NCBI GenBank assembly: GCA_963701295.1
Contig: OY969585.1
Span: forward strand, 128,001 to 192,000
Length of the DNA stretch: 64,000 bases
DNA from: Ignavibacteriota bacterium
GTDB taxonomy: Bacteria > Bacteroidota > Ignavibacteria > UBA10030
Reading direction: 5' to 3'
The notes beneath the pieces were generated by a model, which was not told the DNA's origin, ran no database searches, and saw only the letters and a program-made list of their open reading frames with translations. Each line of letters opens with the position of its first letter. Position 1 is the first letter of the stretch. This document shows, in pieces, positions 50,100-59,874 of the stretch. The translations under genes were made by a program, and so were the position numbers.

Positions 50100-52100
50100 A
50101 TGAAACAACAGGAAACGTCGGTAAGCGTTCTTCCAGAAAATGCATATAAAGAATTAAAGCCGGGTGAAGAGTACCGTCCAATTATGGTACCGGAAAAAAC
50201 ATACCCGGAAGTGACTATTTGGTCGGTGACATGGGGATTAGTGATGGCAGTCCTATTTTCCGCAGCCGCAGCTTATTCAGGATTGAAAATTGGACAAGTA
50301 TTTGAGGCGGCAATCCCAATTGCGATTCTTGCCGTCGGTATAACAGGTATCGCAAAAAAGAAGAACGGCCTTGGTCAAAATGTGATTATCCAGTCCATAG
50401 GAGCAGCGTCTGGCGTTGTTGTAGCAGGCGCTATCTTTACAATTCCAGCACTTTATATTCTTGCTCTTCCGGCGAGCTACTTTCAAATGTTTATGGCATC
50501 TGCTCTCGGCGGATTTCTTGGTATTCTTTTTCTTATTCCGTTCCGAAAATATTTCGTAAAAGACATGCACGGTACACTTCCCTTTCCTGAAGCAACAGCA
50601 ACAACAGAAATTCTTGTTGCCGGCGAACAAGGAGGCAAGCAAGCAATGGTACTTGTTGTCAGCGGTCTTATCGGCGGATTATTTGATTTCGTTTTCAGTG
50701 CATTCGGAGCATGGTCGGAAGTTATTACATCACGGATGTTCAGCTGGGGTGAGATACTTTCTGATAAATTTAAGATGGTCTTAAAGGTGGACGTTTCTGC
50801 AATGGTCTTCGGACTCGGTTATATTATCGGATTGAAATATGCTGCGATCATTGCGGCAGGTTCATTCCTCTCGTGGTTTGTTATGGTACCATTAGTGTAC
50901 GAAATTGGTCAACATCTTTCTGGCCCACTCGGTGCAACAGCAACAAAACTCATCTCTCACATGAGTCCGGAAGAAATTTTCCGCACCTATGTTCGCCAAA
51001 TTGGTATTGGCGGTATCGCGATGGCTGGCATCATCGGCATCATTCGTTCCTCTAAAATCATTGCCGGCGCATTCTCGCTTGCCTATAAGGAAATCACCCG
51101 TCATAAAACCGATAGCGAGGAAAAAACGCTCCGCACGCTAACAGACATCCGTATGCTCTGGGTCGTTGTACTGATTCTTCTAACGGCAATTGTGATCTTT
51201 GCGTTCTTTGTCCTCGGTGTAGTTCCCACACTCGGACAGGCAATTGTATCCCTGCTGGTTGTAACAATTATTTCTTTCCTGTTTACGACGGTCGCTGCAA
51301 ATGCAACAGCTATTGTCGGAACCAACCCGGTTTCTGGAATGACCTTGATGACATTAATTCTCTCTTCATTAGTACTGACACAAATCGGATTGAGCGGCGA
51401 TTCCGGAATGGTGAGCGCATTGATTATCGGCGGTGTCGTGTGTACTGCACTTTCGGTTGCCGGCGGATTCGTTACCGATCTGAAAGTCGGTTACTGGCTC
51501 GGCTCAACACCAAAGAAACAAGAAATGTGGAAATTCCTCGGCGTGCTTGTATCCGCAGCAACAGTCGGTGGAGTCATTCTCATTCTGAATCGAGCGTATG
51601 GATTCACAGGCGATCAAGCAATGGTTGCACCGCAGGCAAACGCTATGGCAGCAGTTATCAAACCTCTCATGTCGAACGCACAAACGCCATGGGTGTTATA
51701 CATTGTCGGCGCGGTGATAGCGTTGCTTTTAGTGATTCTCAAAGTTCCACCGTTAGCATTTGCTCTCGGGATGTACATTCCGCAGGAGCTTAACACACCG
51801 TTACTGTTTGGCGGATTCATTGCATGGTTCGTTTCGACACGTACAAAAAATGAGAAGCTAAACAACGCCCGCTTCCAACGAGGTACGCTGATCGCCTCCG
51901 GCTTCATCGCAGGCGGTGCATTGTTTGGTGTGTTCAACGCCTTTCTGAAATTTATTGACCAGCAGTGGTCGTTCGGATATACCAACTGGTACTTCACACA
52001 GTGGGCAGAATCTACCAACGGCGAGATTGCAGGCTTAGCGGCATTTGTATTGCTGTTTGCGTACGCGCTGTGGGATTCGATGCGGGGAAAAGAAGAATGA
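50100..52100 (+). CDS. OPT family oligopeptide transporter
   Basis: GLKIGQVFEAAIPIA, LPFPEATA, NPVSGMTL, DLKVGY, APQANAM. Confidence 0.94.
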   Translation: MKQQETSVSVLPENAYKELKPGEEYRPIMVPEKTYPEVTIWSVTWGLVMAVLFSAAAAYSGLKIGQVFEAAIPIAILAVGITGIAKKKNGLGQNVIIQSIGAASGVVVAGAIFTIPALYILALPASYFQMFMASALGGFLGILFLIPFRKYFVKDMHGTLPFPEATATTEILVAGEQGGKQAMVLVVSGLIGGLFDFVFSAFGAWSEVITSRMFSWGEILSDKFKMVLKVDVSAMVFGLGYIIGLKYAAIIAAGSFLSWFVMVPLVYEIGQHLSGPLGATATKLISHMSPEEIFRTYVRQIGIGGIAMAGIIGIIRSSKIIAGAFSLAYKEITRHKTDSEEKTLRTLTDIRMLWVVVLILLTAIVIFAFFVLGVVPTLGQAIVSLLVVTIISFLFTTVAANATAIVGTNPVSGMTLMTLILSSLVLTQIGLSGDSGMVSALIIGGVVCTALSVAGGFVTDLKVGYWLGSTPKKQEMWKFLGVLVSAATVGGVILILNRAYGFTGDQAMVAPQANAMAAVIKPLMSNAQTPWVLYIVGAVIALLLVILKVPPLAFALGMYIPQELNTPLLFGGFIAWFVSTRTKNEKLNNARFQRGTLIASGFIAGGALFGVFNAFLKFIDQQWSFGYTNWYFTQWAESTNGEIAGLAAFVLLFAYALWDSMRGKEE

Positions 52101-52139
52101 CTTTTCGATAACCTTGTTAAAGTTACCTGATCTCAAACC

Positions 52140-52164
52140 GAGAGAACTTTGACAATGTTCTCTC
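52140..52164. terminator. hairpin between convergent genes
   Basis: GAGAGAAC-tttgacaat-GTTCTCTC; weak T tracts. Confidence 0.4.
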
Positions 52165-52714
52165 AATTCCTCTTCCAGCTCATCATGTCACCTTCTTTAA
52201 TACCGTACTTGTCGGTAAATCCTGCGTTTACTTCAAGAACAAACAACGTCATCGCAGTAGCGGAGTAGGAATCATCCGAGAATGGTTTCGTATTCTTATG
52301 GATGGTAATAATTTCCCCCTGCTTGTTTATAAAAATCATGTCCAGGGAAAGTGGGCAATTCCTCATCCAGAACGAAGCGAGTTGCTCTTCTTCAAGGATA
52401 AAGAGCATTCCCTGCCGTTCTTCCATTACCGGCCGTCCCATCATACCCACTTCGCGTTTTGCTTCATCGTCAGCAATTTCAATATCTATGGAAACGATGG
52501 GCTTGTCATCTCCTTTGGTAAATGTTAGTTCACCCTGTTTCTTGAACATCGGGGCAGCAGTGAGAGTTGAAGTATCTTGTGTGGTTTTTTTAGGCATAAA
52601 AATAATGACGAGTGCGATCACGATAACCGTGAAAGATATTCCTATCTGCATTCTGCGCCTTGATTTCGGTTTAACATTTATTTGTTGATCTGTCGAATTG
52701 TTTTTTTTTGACAT
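52163..52714 (-). CDS. DUF192 domain protein
   Basis: EIADD...GMMGR...GMLF...FWMRN..LSLDMIF...VLEVNAG. Confidence 0.92.
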   Translation of the reverse strand: MSKKNNSTDQQINVKPKSRRRMQIGISFTVIVIALVIIFMPKKTTQDTSTLTAAPMFKKQGELTFTKGDDKPIVSIDIEIADDEAKREVGMMGRPVMEERQGMLFILEEEQLASFWMRNCPLSLDMIFINKQGEIITIHKNTKPFSDDSYSATAMTLFVLEVNAGFTDKYGIKEGDMMSWKRN

Positions 52715-52787
52715 ATTCTTTCATTCATTCACGAATCAATTCCATTACAATTACTTCATACTATCATGGGTTATCCGAAATTTGCGC

Positions 52788-54491
52788 TTATCGAATGCTT
52801 CCTGCTGCCTTCGGCACAAGTGGAAAATTCGGTTCAATATCAACAGGAATATCGCGCAACCGATCGAGCGCTTGTTGCATTTCCGGACGAACAACACCGT
52901 ATGTAGCGAGCATCTCCTTCGCATTGTTGTATGAACCCTCTGCTTCAAGAGTAAGAATAGTTCGGGTGAGTTCTTCCACCGCTTTCTTTATTCTTGTCTC
53001 ATCAATGCTGAATGTTCCTGCTTTATCATCTATCCAAATCGCTGCTCCATCGGTCAGATAATTGAAGATCAATGAGACAGCCTTGCCATGCGCTTCGTTG
53101 ATACCAAAACGCACAGAACGGAAGGCGCTGGCAAGATAAGTCGTATACATTTCGTCTTCCATCTTTTTTCCCAGCAAACCCTTGTCGACCAGGTATTGAA
53201 GAGCGAAGAGTCCTGTTATATCCGCTTTTGCTTCTTCAATGGCAGAATAGAGATCTTTCAACTCCTTCCGTACGTTTGTCGCTTTTCCATTGACGGTGAT
53301 GTTATGCGGCCCGAGTCCGTGCATCAACTCATGTGCAAGGATATGAGTGAAAAACGCTTCGAACGATACTTTCGATTGCTGTACAGGATCGAGCACAACG
53401 TTCGAAATCGGTATGAGTACTTTGTTGAACTTCGCCTCTTGCATGTTCTTCAACATCACTCGTTTCGATCCTTTGTCGCGGATAACTTTTTCATCGTTGG
53501 GAAGATTGAAAGCCGCCGTTTGTACACCCCGATTGCCTTCTCCTGCGGCATACACAACATCGACAACACGAATTGGAGACATAGCGCCTAACTTCGGGTT
53601 ACGGTACTTCGAATCAAGCGGAAGATTATTTTCAATATCCTGGAGGTACTTGCCAAACTTCGCAAGTTTCGCCGATTCAGCATCATCGCGAAGCGTCACG
53701 AACACTTCAAACGCCGCTTTGTACCCGAACAACTCATCCATATACGTTTCATATGGGCCGATGGTGAGATCGATCGGTGCATCTAATTCCATCCATGCAA
53801 CATCGCTGGCATAATAATCGTCCGAGAGAAATGCATCCGCCCGCATTGAAAGATATTTCTTGAGTGTCTCGTCCTCGGTAAGACCTGCCGCACTTTTCAA
53901 TAATCTACTCGCGGGTTCGAGCCATTCTTGATATTCTTCACTATACGGGACAATTTGTAATGTTCGATCCGGATTTCGGTGAATCGTCGAGAAAAACCCC
54001 GTAGCTTGTTCCCGTTCCTTCTCTGAAAGTGCCCCTATCCATTTGTTGAACTCCTCCTTGGTCATATCTTCAGGATAGTAACTCGCTCCCATGGGCTTTT
54101 CTTTGAGTGCCTTTTCAATAAATGATTCGTTGCTATCGAGCTGTGACCACGGGCCCATATTCATGCGAAAGTAATGCAGCTTCTCTTTTCCTGTTGTTGT
54201 TGAATCAGCTTCAAGCTTTTTCAACAATTCCACATTACCGCGCCATACCTGTCGTAAATAAATCGGATCCATCAATCGTGCGGCTTCGATGATCTTATCG
54301 AGCGCTTTCCTGTCGCTGGGAGAGAGTTTTGAAATGTCAGCTGAAATTTCTGTTGGGACAAATCGGGTGATTTTTTGAGAAAGTGTCATTTCTTCATTGC
54401 CTTTGGTTGATTTTTGCTTATTGCACGCAACAAGAAAGATGGCTAGTAATATTGCCAATACGAAAATCCTTATTGAAGTTTTCATAATCAT
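52788..54491 (-). CDS. dipeptidyl peptidase III (M49) lipoprotein
   Basis: Lipobox LVAC; GPYETY, AFNLPND, HELMH, EEAKAD, SVRFG, EAHG. Confidence 0.92.
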   Translation of the reverse strand: MIMKTSIRIFVLAILLAIFLVACNKQKSTKGNEEMTLSQKITRFVPTEISADISKLSPSDRKALDKIIEAARLMDPIYLRQVWRGNVELLKKLEADSTTTGKEKLHYFRMNMGPWSQLDSNESFIEKALKEKPMGASYYPEDMTKEEFNKWIGALSEKEREQATGFFSTIHRNPDRTLQIVPYSEEYQEWLEPASRLLKSAAGLTEDETLKKYLSMRADAFLSDDYYASDVAWMELDAPIDLTIGPYETYMDELFGYKAAFEVFVTLRDDAESAKLAKFGKYLQDIENNLPLDSKYRNPKLGAMSPIRVVDVVYAAGEGNRGVQTAAFNLPNDEKVIRDKGSKRVMLKNMQEAKFNKVLIPISNVVLDPVQQSKVSFEAFFTHILAHELMHGLGPHNITVNGKATNVRKELKDLYSAIEEAKADITGLFALQYLVDKGLLGKKMEDEMYTTYLASAFRSVRFGINEAHGKAVSLIFNYLTDGAAIWIDDKAGTFSIDETRIKKAVEELTRTILTLEAEGSYNNAKEMLATYGVVRPEMQQALDRLRDIPVDIEPNFPLVPKAAGSIR

Positions 54492-54591
54492 TCATCTAAA
54501 AAATTTGGATAATATGATATCAATTTGTTTACAATTTGAGGAATGAAGATGGGAAAAGCAAGCAAAACGAGATCCAAGAGATATGTGATAA

Positions 54592-54624
54592 CAAAAAGGA
54601 GAAAACCTTTTCGGATTTTCTCCC
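54592..54624 (-). terminator. intrinsic terminator after porin-family gene
   Basis: Minus strand GGAGAAAATCC-gaaa-AGGTTTTCTCC-TTTTTG. Confidence 0.75.
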
Positions 54625-54668
54625 TTCTCTCCTACTTGCTGCCATTGCAAATGTCAGCGGCAAATAAT

Positions 54669-55277
54669 CTATCTTAAGCTAAACCCATAACCAACGGCAA
54701 TGCTGAACGATTGATTGCTGTTACTTGGGGGCGATGTCTTATTGATGTTTGATAACCCGATGTTATAGCGTATATCTGTAATGATGCTTCCGGGGCCTAC
54801 CTTGAACGCTACACCTGTTCCAATGACAATGTCAAAATCCGAACCAGAAATATATTGACTTATGTCAGTGTCTGTGCTATTTGCATCACTATGTGCATTA
54901 GCGCTTAACTTTATTCCAAATTGCGGCCCTGCAACGAAAAATATTTTCACAGATCGGTCTACAGGAATGTTGTACTTTGCCAATGCGACAATCTCTAGAT
55001 ATGGAATACTGTAGTTACCAGTAGCGCCCTGGCTTGAATAGCCCGCTCCCAGTGAGTTATAAAGCAATTCTCCTTGTAAACCAAAATTTTTGATAAAATC
55101 ATATTCCATGAAACCGCCGAAGAGAAACTTTGTAGCATTGGTATAGAAAGTCGAATTATCGCCTCCGAAAGTGGCAAAATTTAATCCTACTTTCGCTCCA
55201 ACGTCCATAATACCCTGAGCCGAAACCGCTCCGACAAACAGAATAAGCATGAGAGAAATAAGTAGCACGCGTTTCAT
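54669..55277 (-). CDS. outer-membrane beta-barrel (porin family / PorT-like) protein
   Basis: Signal peptide; GAKVGLN, LQGELLY, AGPQFG, DIRYNIGL, SIAVGY; AGGAG RBS before ATG 55277. Confidence 0.85.
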   Translation of the reverse strand: MKRVLLISLMLILFVGAVSAQGIMDVGAKVGLNFATFGGDNSTFYTNATKFLFGGFMEYDFIKNFGLQGELLYNSLGAGYSSQGATGNYSIPYLEIVALAKYNIPVDRSVKIFFVAGPQFGIKLSANAHSDANSTDTDISQYISGSDFDIVIGTGVAFKVGPGSIITDIRYNIGLSNINKTSPPSNSNQSFSIAVGYGFSLR

Positions 55278-55378
55278 TATAAATCTCCTTTTGTTAGATA
55301 TAGAAAGAACCATGTGTAATTATGTGATTTAAAGAATAGTGTGGATAAAGTGTACCAAAAATGTAGATATTTTGCAAC

Positions 55379-55415
55379 AAAAAAAGGCTCCAAATCACAA
55401 AAAAGATTCGGAGCC
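55379..55415 (-). terminator. intrinsic terminator after DEAD-box helicase
   Basis: Minus strand GGCTCCGAATC-8 nt-GATTTGGAGCC-TTTTTTT. Confidence 0.85.
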
Positions 55416-55447
55416 GATAGCTACCAGGACAGCCTATTGATTATTAC

Positions 55448-57109
55448 TTATACCTTATCACGAATAAAAAGCTTTTTCAATTTCTTTTTGAAACCACCGC
55501 CTTCTTCAATTTCAGAAATCAGCTTACGCCAGTCGGTTTCTTGTGAAGGAGGAATCGATTGAACAAGCGGCTGTTTCTTTACAAACTGCGGCCTCCCTGT
55601 TCCCTGCGATAGCCTGCGCGTGATCTCGTTTCGGCGGCTATGCGATGAAAATTCACGGCGGGATTGGCCGGATGAATCTTTATGCCTCTGCTCACCATGC
55701 GGCTTTTCTGAAAAGTCCTTATGTTTCTGTTCACGGTACGGTTTTCCAGAAGGCTCTGTATGCCTCTGTTCACTGTGGGGTTTTTCTGAAAAATCCTTGT
55801 GTCTCTGTTCTTCAAATGGTTTTCCAGTAGACTCCGTACGCCTTTGATCGCGTTGTGGTCTTCCAGAATCTGTGCGCCGGCGATCATAGCGTTCATCTCT
55901 TTTTCCGTGCCCTCTATTATGCCGATCTTCCGATGATTTCGATTCAGCTTGTCTCTCCGGTGACGGCGTTCTCTTCGTATAATCGAAACCCGGATACCGT
56001 TTTAATTCAAACCGCTTGTCGGTGTACCGTTCAATGCTCTTTAAATATTTCAGCTCCTGGTTCGATACGAATGTAATGGCATCTCCGGTTGCAGATGCGC
56101 GGCCTGTACGGCCAATCCGATGGATATAATCTTCTGCAAATGTCGGCGTATCAAAATTCACAACGTGCGATATCCCTTCCACATCGATGCCTCGCGCCGC
56201 AATATCGGTCGCAACCATTACTCTAAATTGCCCCTGCTTAAATCCCGCCAACGCCCGCTGCCGCTGTGCTTGCGTCCTATTCGAGTGAATAGCAACTGCT
56301 TTGACACCGCTTCGCTCGAGCCTGTTTGAAATTTTATCTGCACCATGTTTTGTGCGCGAGAAAACGAGAACACAATCTAATTCCTTCGATTGGAGAATAT
56401 GGAAAAGCAAATCGATCTTCGATTCTTGCGGAGACGAATAAAAATGCTGCTTCACTGTTTCCACGGGTTTCCGTCGTTCACCGATATCTATCATTTCCGG
56501 ATTGGTCTGGATGGACGCGACGAGCGACCTCACTTCTGGCGACATGGTTGCGGAAAATAACATTGTCTGCCGCTTTGCCGGAACGCGGCTGATGATTTTT
56601 CGAACATCCTGAATAAATCCCATATCGAACATTCGATCCGCTTCGTCAATCACTAGAATCTCAACGTGAGACAAGTCGACGGTGCGGCGATTCATGTGAT
56701 CGAGCAGTCTTCCCGGTGTCGCAGCAACGATATCCACTCCGCGGCGAAGACGTTTAATTTGGCTTTCCATATTGACACCGCCAAAGATGGCGATGCTTTG
56801 CAAAGACGCGAAACGTCCATATCCAGTTATAAATTCGTCCACCTGTTGTGCAAGCTCACGTGTCGGCGTCAGAACAAGTCCGCGTGTCGGATGGCCTTTA
56901 TGAGATGCGGCATGTTGAAGAAAATGATTAAGCATCGGCAGCACGAACGCGGCGGTCTTTCCAGTACCTGTTTGCGCACAACCGATAATGTCGCGTCCAG
57001 CGACGGCTAACGGAATCGCACGTGATTGAATAGCAGTTGGTGCAGTATATCCCGTTGCGAGAATACCCTGCACGAGTCGGTCGTCAAGACCAAGTTTTGA
57101 AAATGGCAT
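55448..57109 (-). CDS. rhlE: DEAD-box RNA helicase (RhlE-like)
   Basis: Q motif, AQTGTGKT, PTRELA, TPGRL, DEAD, SAT, ARGID, HRIGRTGRA; charged C-terminal tail. Confidence 0.93.
   Translation of the reverse strand: MPFSKLGLDDRLVQGILATGYTAPTAIQSRAIPLAVAGRDIIGCAQTGTGKTAAFVLPMLNHFLQHAASHKGHPTRGLVLTPTRELAQQVDEFITGYGRFASLQSIAIFGGVNMESQIKRLRRGVDIVAATPGRLLDHMNRRTVDLSHVEILVIDEADRMFDMGFIQDVRKIISRVPAKRQTMLFSATMSPEVRSLVASIQTNPEMIDIGERRKPVETVKQHFYSSPQESKIDLLFHILQSKELDCVLVFSRTKHGADKISNRLERSGVKAVAIHSNRTQAQRQRALAGFKQGQFRVMVATDIAARGIDVEGISHVVNFDTPTFAEDYIHRIGRTGRASATGDAITFVSNQELKYLKSIERYTDKRFELKRYPGFDYTKRTPSPERQAESKSSEDRHNRGHGKRDERYDRRRTDSGRPQRDQRRTESTGKPFEEQRHKDFSEKPHSEQRHTEPSGKPYREQKHKDFSEKPHGEQRHKDSSGQSRREFSSHSRRNEITRRLSQGTGRPQFVKKQPLVQSIPPSQETDWRKLISEIEEGGGFKKKLKKLFIRDKV
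55667..55890 (-). repeat. 39-bp coding tandem repeat (~5-6 units) in helicase tail
   Basis: RPQRDQRRTESTG / KPFEEQRHKDFSE / KPHSEQRHTEPSG / KPYREQKHKDFSE / KPHGEQRHKDSSG. Confidence 0.85.
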
Positions 57110-57409
57110 GAATAAATCCTTACTATAAAATGAAGAAACACGCTACAAAAGATGGGAACCAGCAGAAGTTACAAACGCTCGGAGAGTTTATATCGAGTAA
57201 CCGCTTTGTGAGCGGAGGCCGGAATCTTTCCGTGCACTACCTTAGCTTTTATCATCGGAGAGCGAGTCTCAAATGTCCGCTCCCGATGCTATACTAATGC
57301 ATGGATGCGGTCTGTCGCAACTTGCGACTTGTATAAGATACAAAATTTTATGCTCGTTTCCTATGCATTTGTTGAAGTATGATTCTTTTTACACGATATT
57401 CTTTCAGCA

Positions 57410-58579
57410 ATGAATCAGACAGATGTCATCATCATTGGCGCAGGTGCGGCAGGATTGATGTGCGCTATCGAAGCGGGTAAGCGCGGACGCCGTGTGTTAG
57501 TACTGGAACATAATGAAACGGTTGGAGAAAAAATTCTCATATCCGGAGGCGGACGATGTAACTTTACGAATATCGATGCGAGTCCGGCTCGTTATATTTC
57601 ACAGAATCCGCACTTCTCTAAGTCAGCACTCGCACGATATACGCAGATAGATTTTATTTCATTGATTCAAAAGTACACTATCCCGTATCACGAGAGGAAA
57701 CATGGCCAACTCTTCTGTGATGGCAACGCAGAACAACTCATCCGAATGCTCTTAGAAGAGTGTCGAATGGCAAATGTTCAGATTGAAACCGGAGTGAATA
57801 TCCTCAAGATCAATAAAAAAGATGCTTTTCAGGTGATCACAAATAACCAACAACTGACAACTTCTTCCCTCGTTATAGCGACAGGCGGACTCTCAATCCC
57901 TAAGATAGGGGCAACCTCTTTTGGATTCAAGATTGCGGAACAATTCGGTATCAACATTATCCCGCTCAAACCAGGACTTGTACCATTGAAGTTTAGCTCG
58001 AAAGATTTTGAAACTTTTAGGAATTTGAGTGGTGTCTCTATCGAAGCGGAAACCGCCTGCAATGGAATGTTTTTCAGAGAAAACATTCTTCTTACTCATC
58101 GCGGCCTGAGTGGTCCTGCGATTTTACAGATTTCATCATATTGGGATGAAGGCGACCCCATCTTCATCAATCTACTGCCAGGCATTGATGTTCTCAACAT
58201 TCTCACAAAAAACCATCAAAGTAAAAAACACCTTGCCACTATCATGGAACAATTCCTGCCATCGCGTTTTATCAAAACCTGGCTGGAACAACGCGGCGGG
58301 TCAAAGCCGATGAATCAATATTCTCTCTCTGATGTACGAACGATAACCGAAGCTTTAACAAGCTGGCAACTCACACCAATCGGAACAGAAGGTTATGAAA
58401 AAGCCGAAGTCACAGTCGGCGGTATTGATACTCGCGAACTTTCCTCAAAGACGATGGAAGCGAAGAAGGCGCCAGGACTTTATTTCATCGGAGAAGTTGT
58501 AGATGTGACCGGATGGCTGGGCGGTTACAACTTCCAATGGGCTTGGTCGTCCGGCTGGGCGGCGGGACAGGCAGTGTAA
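57410..58579 (+). CDS. HI0933/YhiN/BaiN-like flavoprotein
   Basis: IGAGAAG, KILISGGGRCNFTN, ATGGLSIP, LTHRGLSGP, VTVGG, GGYNFQWAWSSG. Confidence 0.95.
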   Translation: MNQTDVIIIGAGAAGLMCAIEAGKRGRRVLVLEHNETVGEKILISGGGRCNFTNIDASPARYISQNPHFSKSALARYTQIDFISLIQKYTIPYHERKHGQLFCDGNAEQLIRMLLEECRMANVQIETGVNILKINKKDAFQVITNNQQLTTSSLVIATGGLSIPKIGATSFGFKIAEQFGINIIPLKPGLVPLKFSSKDFETFRNLSGVSIEAETACNGMFFRENILLTHRGLSGPAILQISSYWDEGDPIFINLLPGIDVLNILTKNHQSKKHLATIMEQFLPSRFIKTWLEQRGGSKPMNQYSLSDVRTITEALTSWQLTPIGTEGYEKAEVTVGGIDTRELSSKTMEAKKAPGLYFIGEVVDVTGWLGGYNFQWAWSSGWAAGQAV

Positions 58580-58655
58580 AAAAATAGAAGAAAGAATTTA
58601 AAAATCAAAGTAACTGCTCAGTGTATTTTTTTGTTAGAATAATAGAGAAATCATC

Positions 58656-58794
58656 GAGGCTGCACAAAAAGTACTTTCTTATGTCTTTGCAAGCGGAGCG
58701 AAGCTATCTCGCTTATAGTTTCCGCTTAGAATAGCGGATCGCTTCGTCACTTCGTTTCTCACAATGACTTTTCTCTACTTTTTTGTACAGCCTC
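58656..58794. mobile_element. 139-bp MITE-like element containing a palindromic repeat
   Basis: Terminal IRs GAGGCTGCACAAAAAGT / ACTTTTTTGTACAGCCTC; internal GTCTTTGCAAG..GCGAAGCTATC / GATCGCTTCG..CTCACAATGAC. Confidence 0.7.
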
Positions 58795-58928
58795 TTAGGA
58801 TAAGGTCAAGGAATATATTGTACAGTTAAGAATCAGAAATACAAAATTCAGGCCGATTCTTTCAACGCGAGCTTCTTTAACCATCAACTCGATGGAGCAA
58901 CGAAACGCAGGCGGCTACTGAGGAACAA

Positions 58929-59699
58929 TCAGAAAGACAAGAAATCGAGCACAGTATCGGCAAATTCTTTTGGTGCATCCACGTGGACCCAGTGACCTGC
59001 GTTTTTGATGGTTGCAAGCTTTGCCTTTGGAAAAAGTTTATAGATAAGGGGCAAATCTTCCATTTGAATGTACTCTGAGTTCTCACCGCGGATAAAGAGT
59101 GCCAGTTTATCGAATTGATGATCGCGTGGAAGTTCTTCGTTGATTTGAGCGTAGTTCTTTTCAATGACTTCGAGATTCATTTTCCAATGGAACCTTCCGG
59201 AATCATCTCGAGTAAGATTCTTCATGAGAAATTGACGAAGAGGAACCTCCCGTATTTTCTTCGATAACACTTCATCAATATCTTTTCGATACTCAAATAA
59301 CGTGAGGTCGAGAGAAGTGAGAGCATTAAAAACGTGGTCATGGTGCGCATGATACGAACGGGGAGCGATATCAACCACAATCAGTTTGTCGATGAGTTCT
59401 GGATGAAGCAGTGAGACAAGCGCCGCAGTTTTTCCTCCCATTGAATGTCCGAGAAGCGATACCGAGGAAAGATTCTTCTGATGCACAAATTCCACAACAT
59501 CTTCTGACATCGCGTAATAATTGAACACATCGCTCTGAGGCGACCGTCCATGGTTGCGAGCGTCGAGTACAAAGGTGCAAAAGTGTTCACCAAATATTTT
59601 GCCAAACGAATGCCAATTATCCGACGAGCCAAACAAACCATGCAAGATGATAAGTGGCGGCAACGATTCCAATCCATATGAATGATAATAAAGCTGCAT
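58929..59699 (-). CDS. alpha/beta hydrolase (YbfF/ABHD11-like esterase)
   Basis: HGLFGSSDNW, DARNHGRS, GHSMGGK, VDIAP, AGHWVH. Confidence 0.93.
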   Translation of the reverse strand: MQLYYHSYGLESLPPLIILHGLFGSSDNWHSFGKIFGEHFCTFVLDARNHGRSPQSDVFNYYAMSEDVVEFVHQKNLSSVSLLGHSMGGKTAALVSLLHPELIDKLIVVDIAPRSYHAHHDHVFNALTSLDLTLFEYRKDIDEVLSKKIREVPLRQFLMKNLTRDDSGRFHWKMNLEVIEKNYAQINEELPRDHQFDKLALFIRGENSEYIQMEDLPLIYKLFPKAKLATIKNAGHWVHVDAPKEFADTVLDFLSF

Positions 59700-59874
59700 A
59701 TTCAAAGGAAGAGGTCAGTGTATTTGAGATCGTCACGACCTGTTTCGCAACAAGAGAAACACAAATGAACAATAAAATGAATGATCGGAAAGGTTTAATG
59801 GAAAAGCAATTCATATATTATTTTGCATGTCGGCTGAGTGGATGGTACATTGGAGACAATAAATAAAAGAAGAA

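Noticed and set aside
55667-55890. CRISPR array
   Set aside because: Degenerate, spacer-less, in-frame coding repeats; no cas genes.
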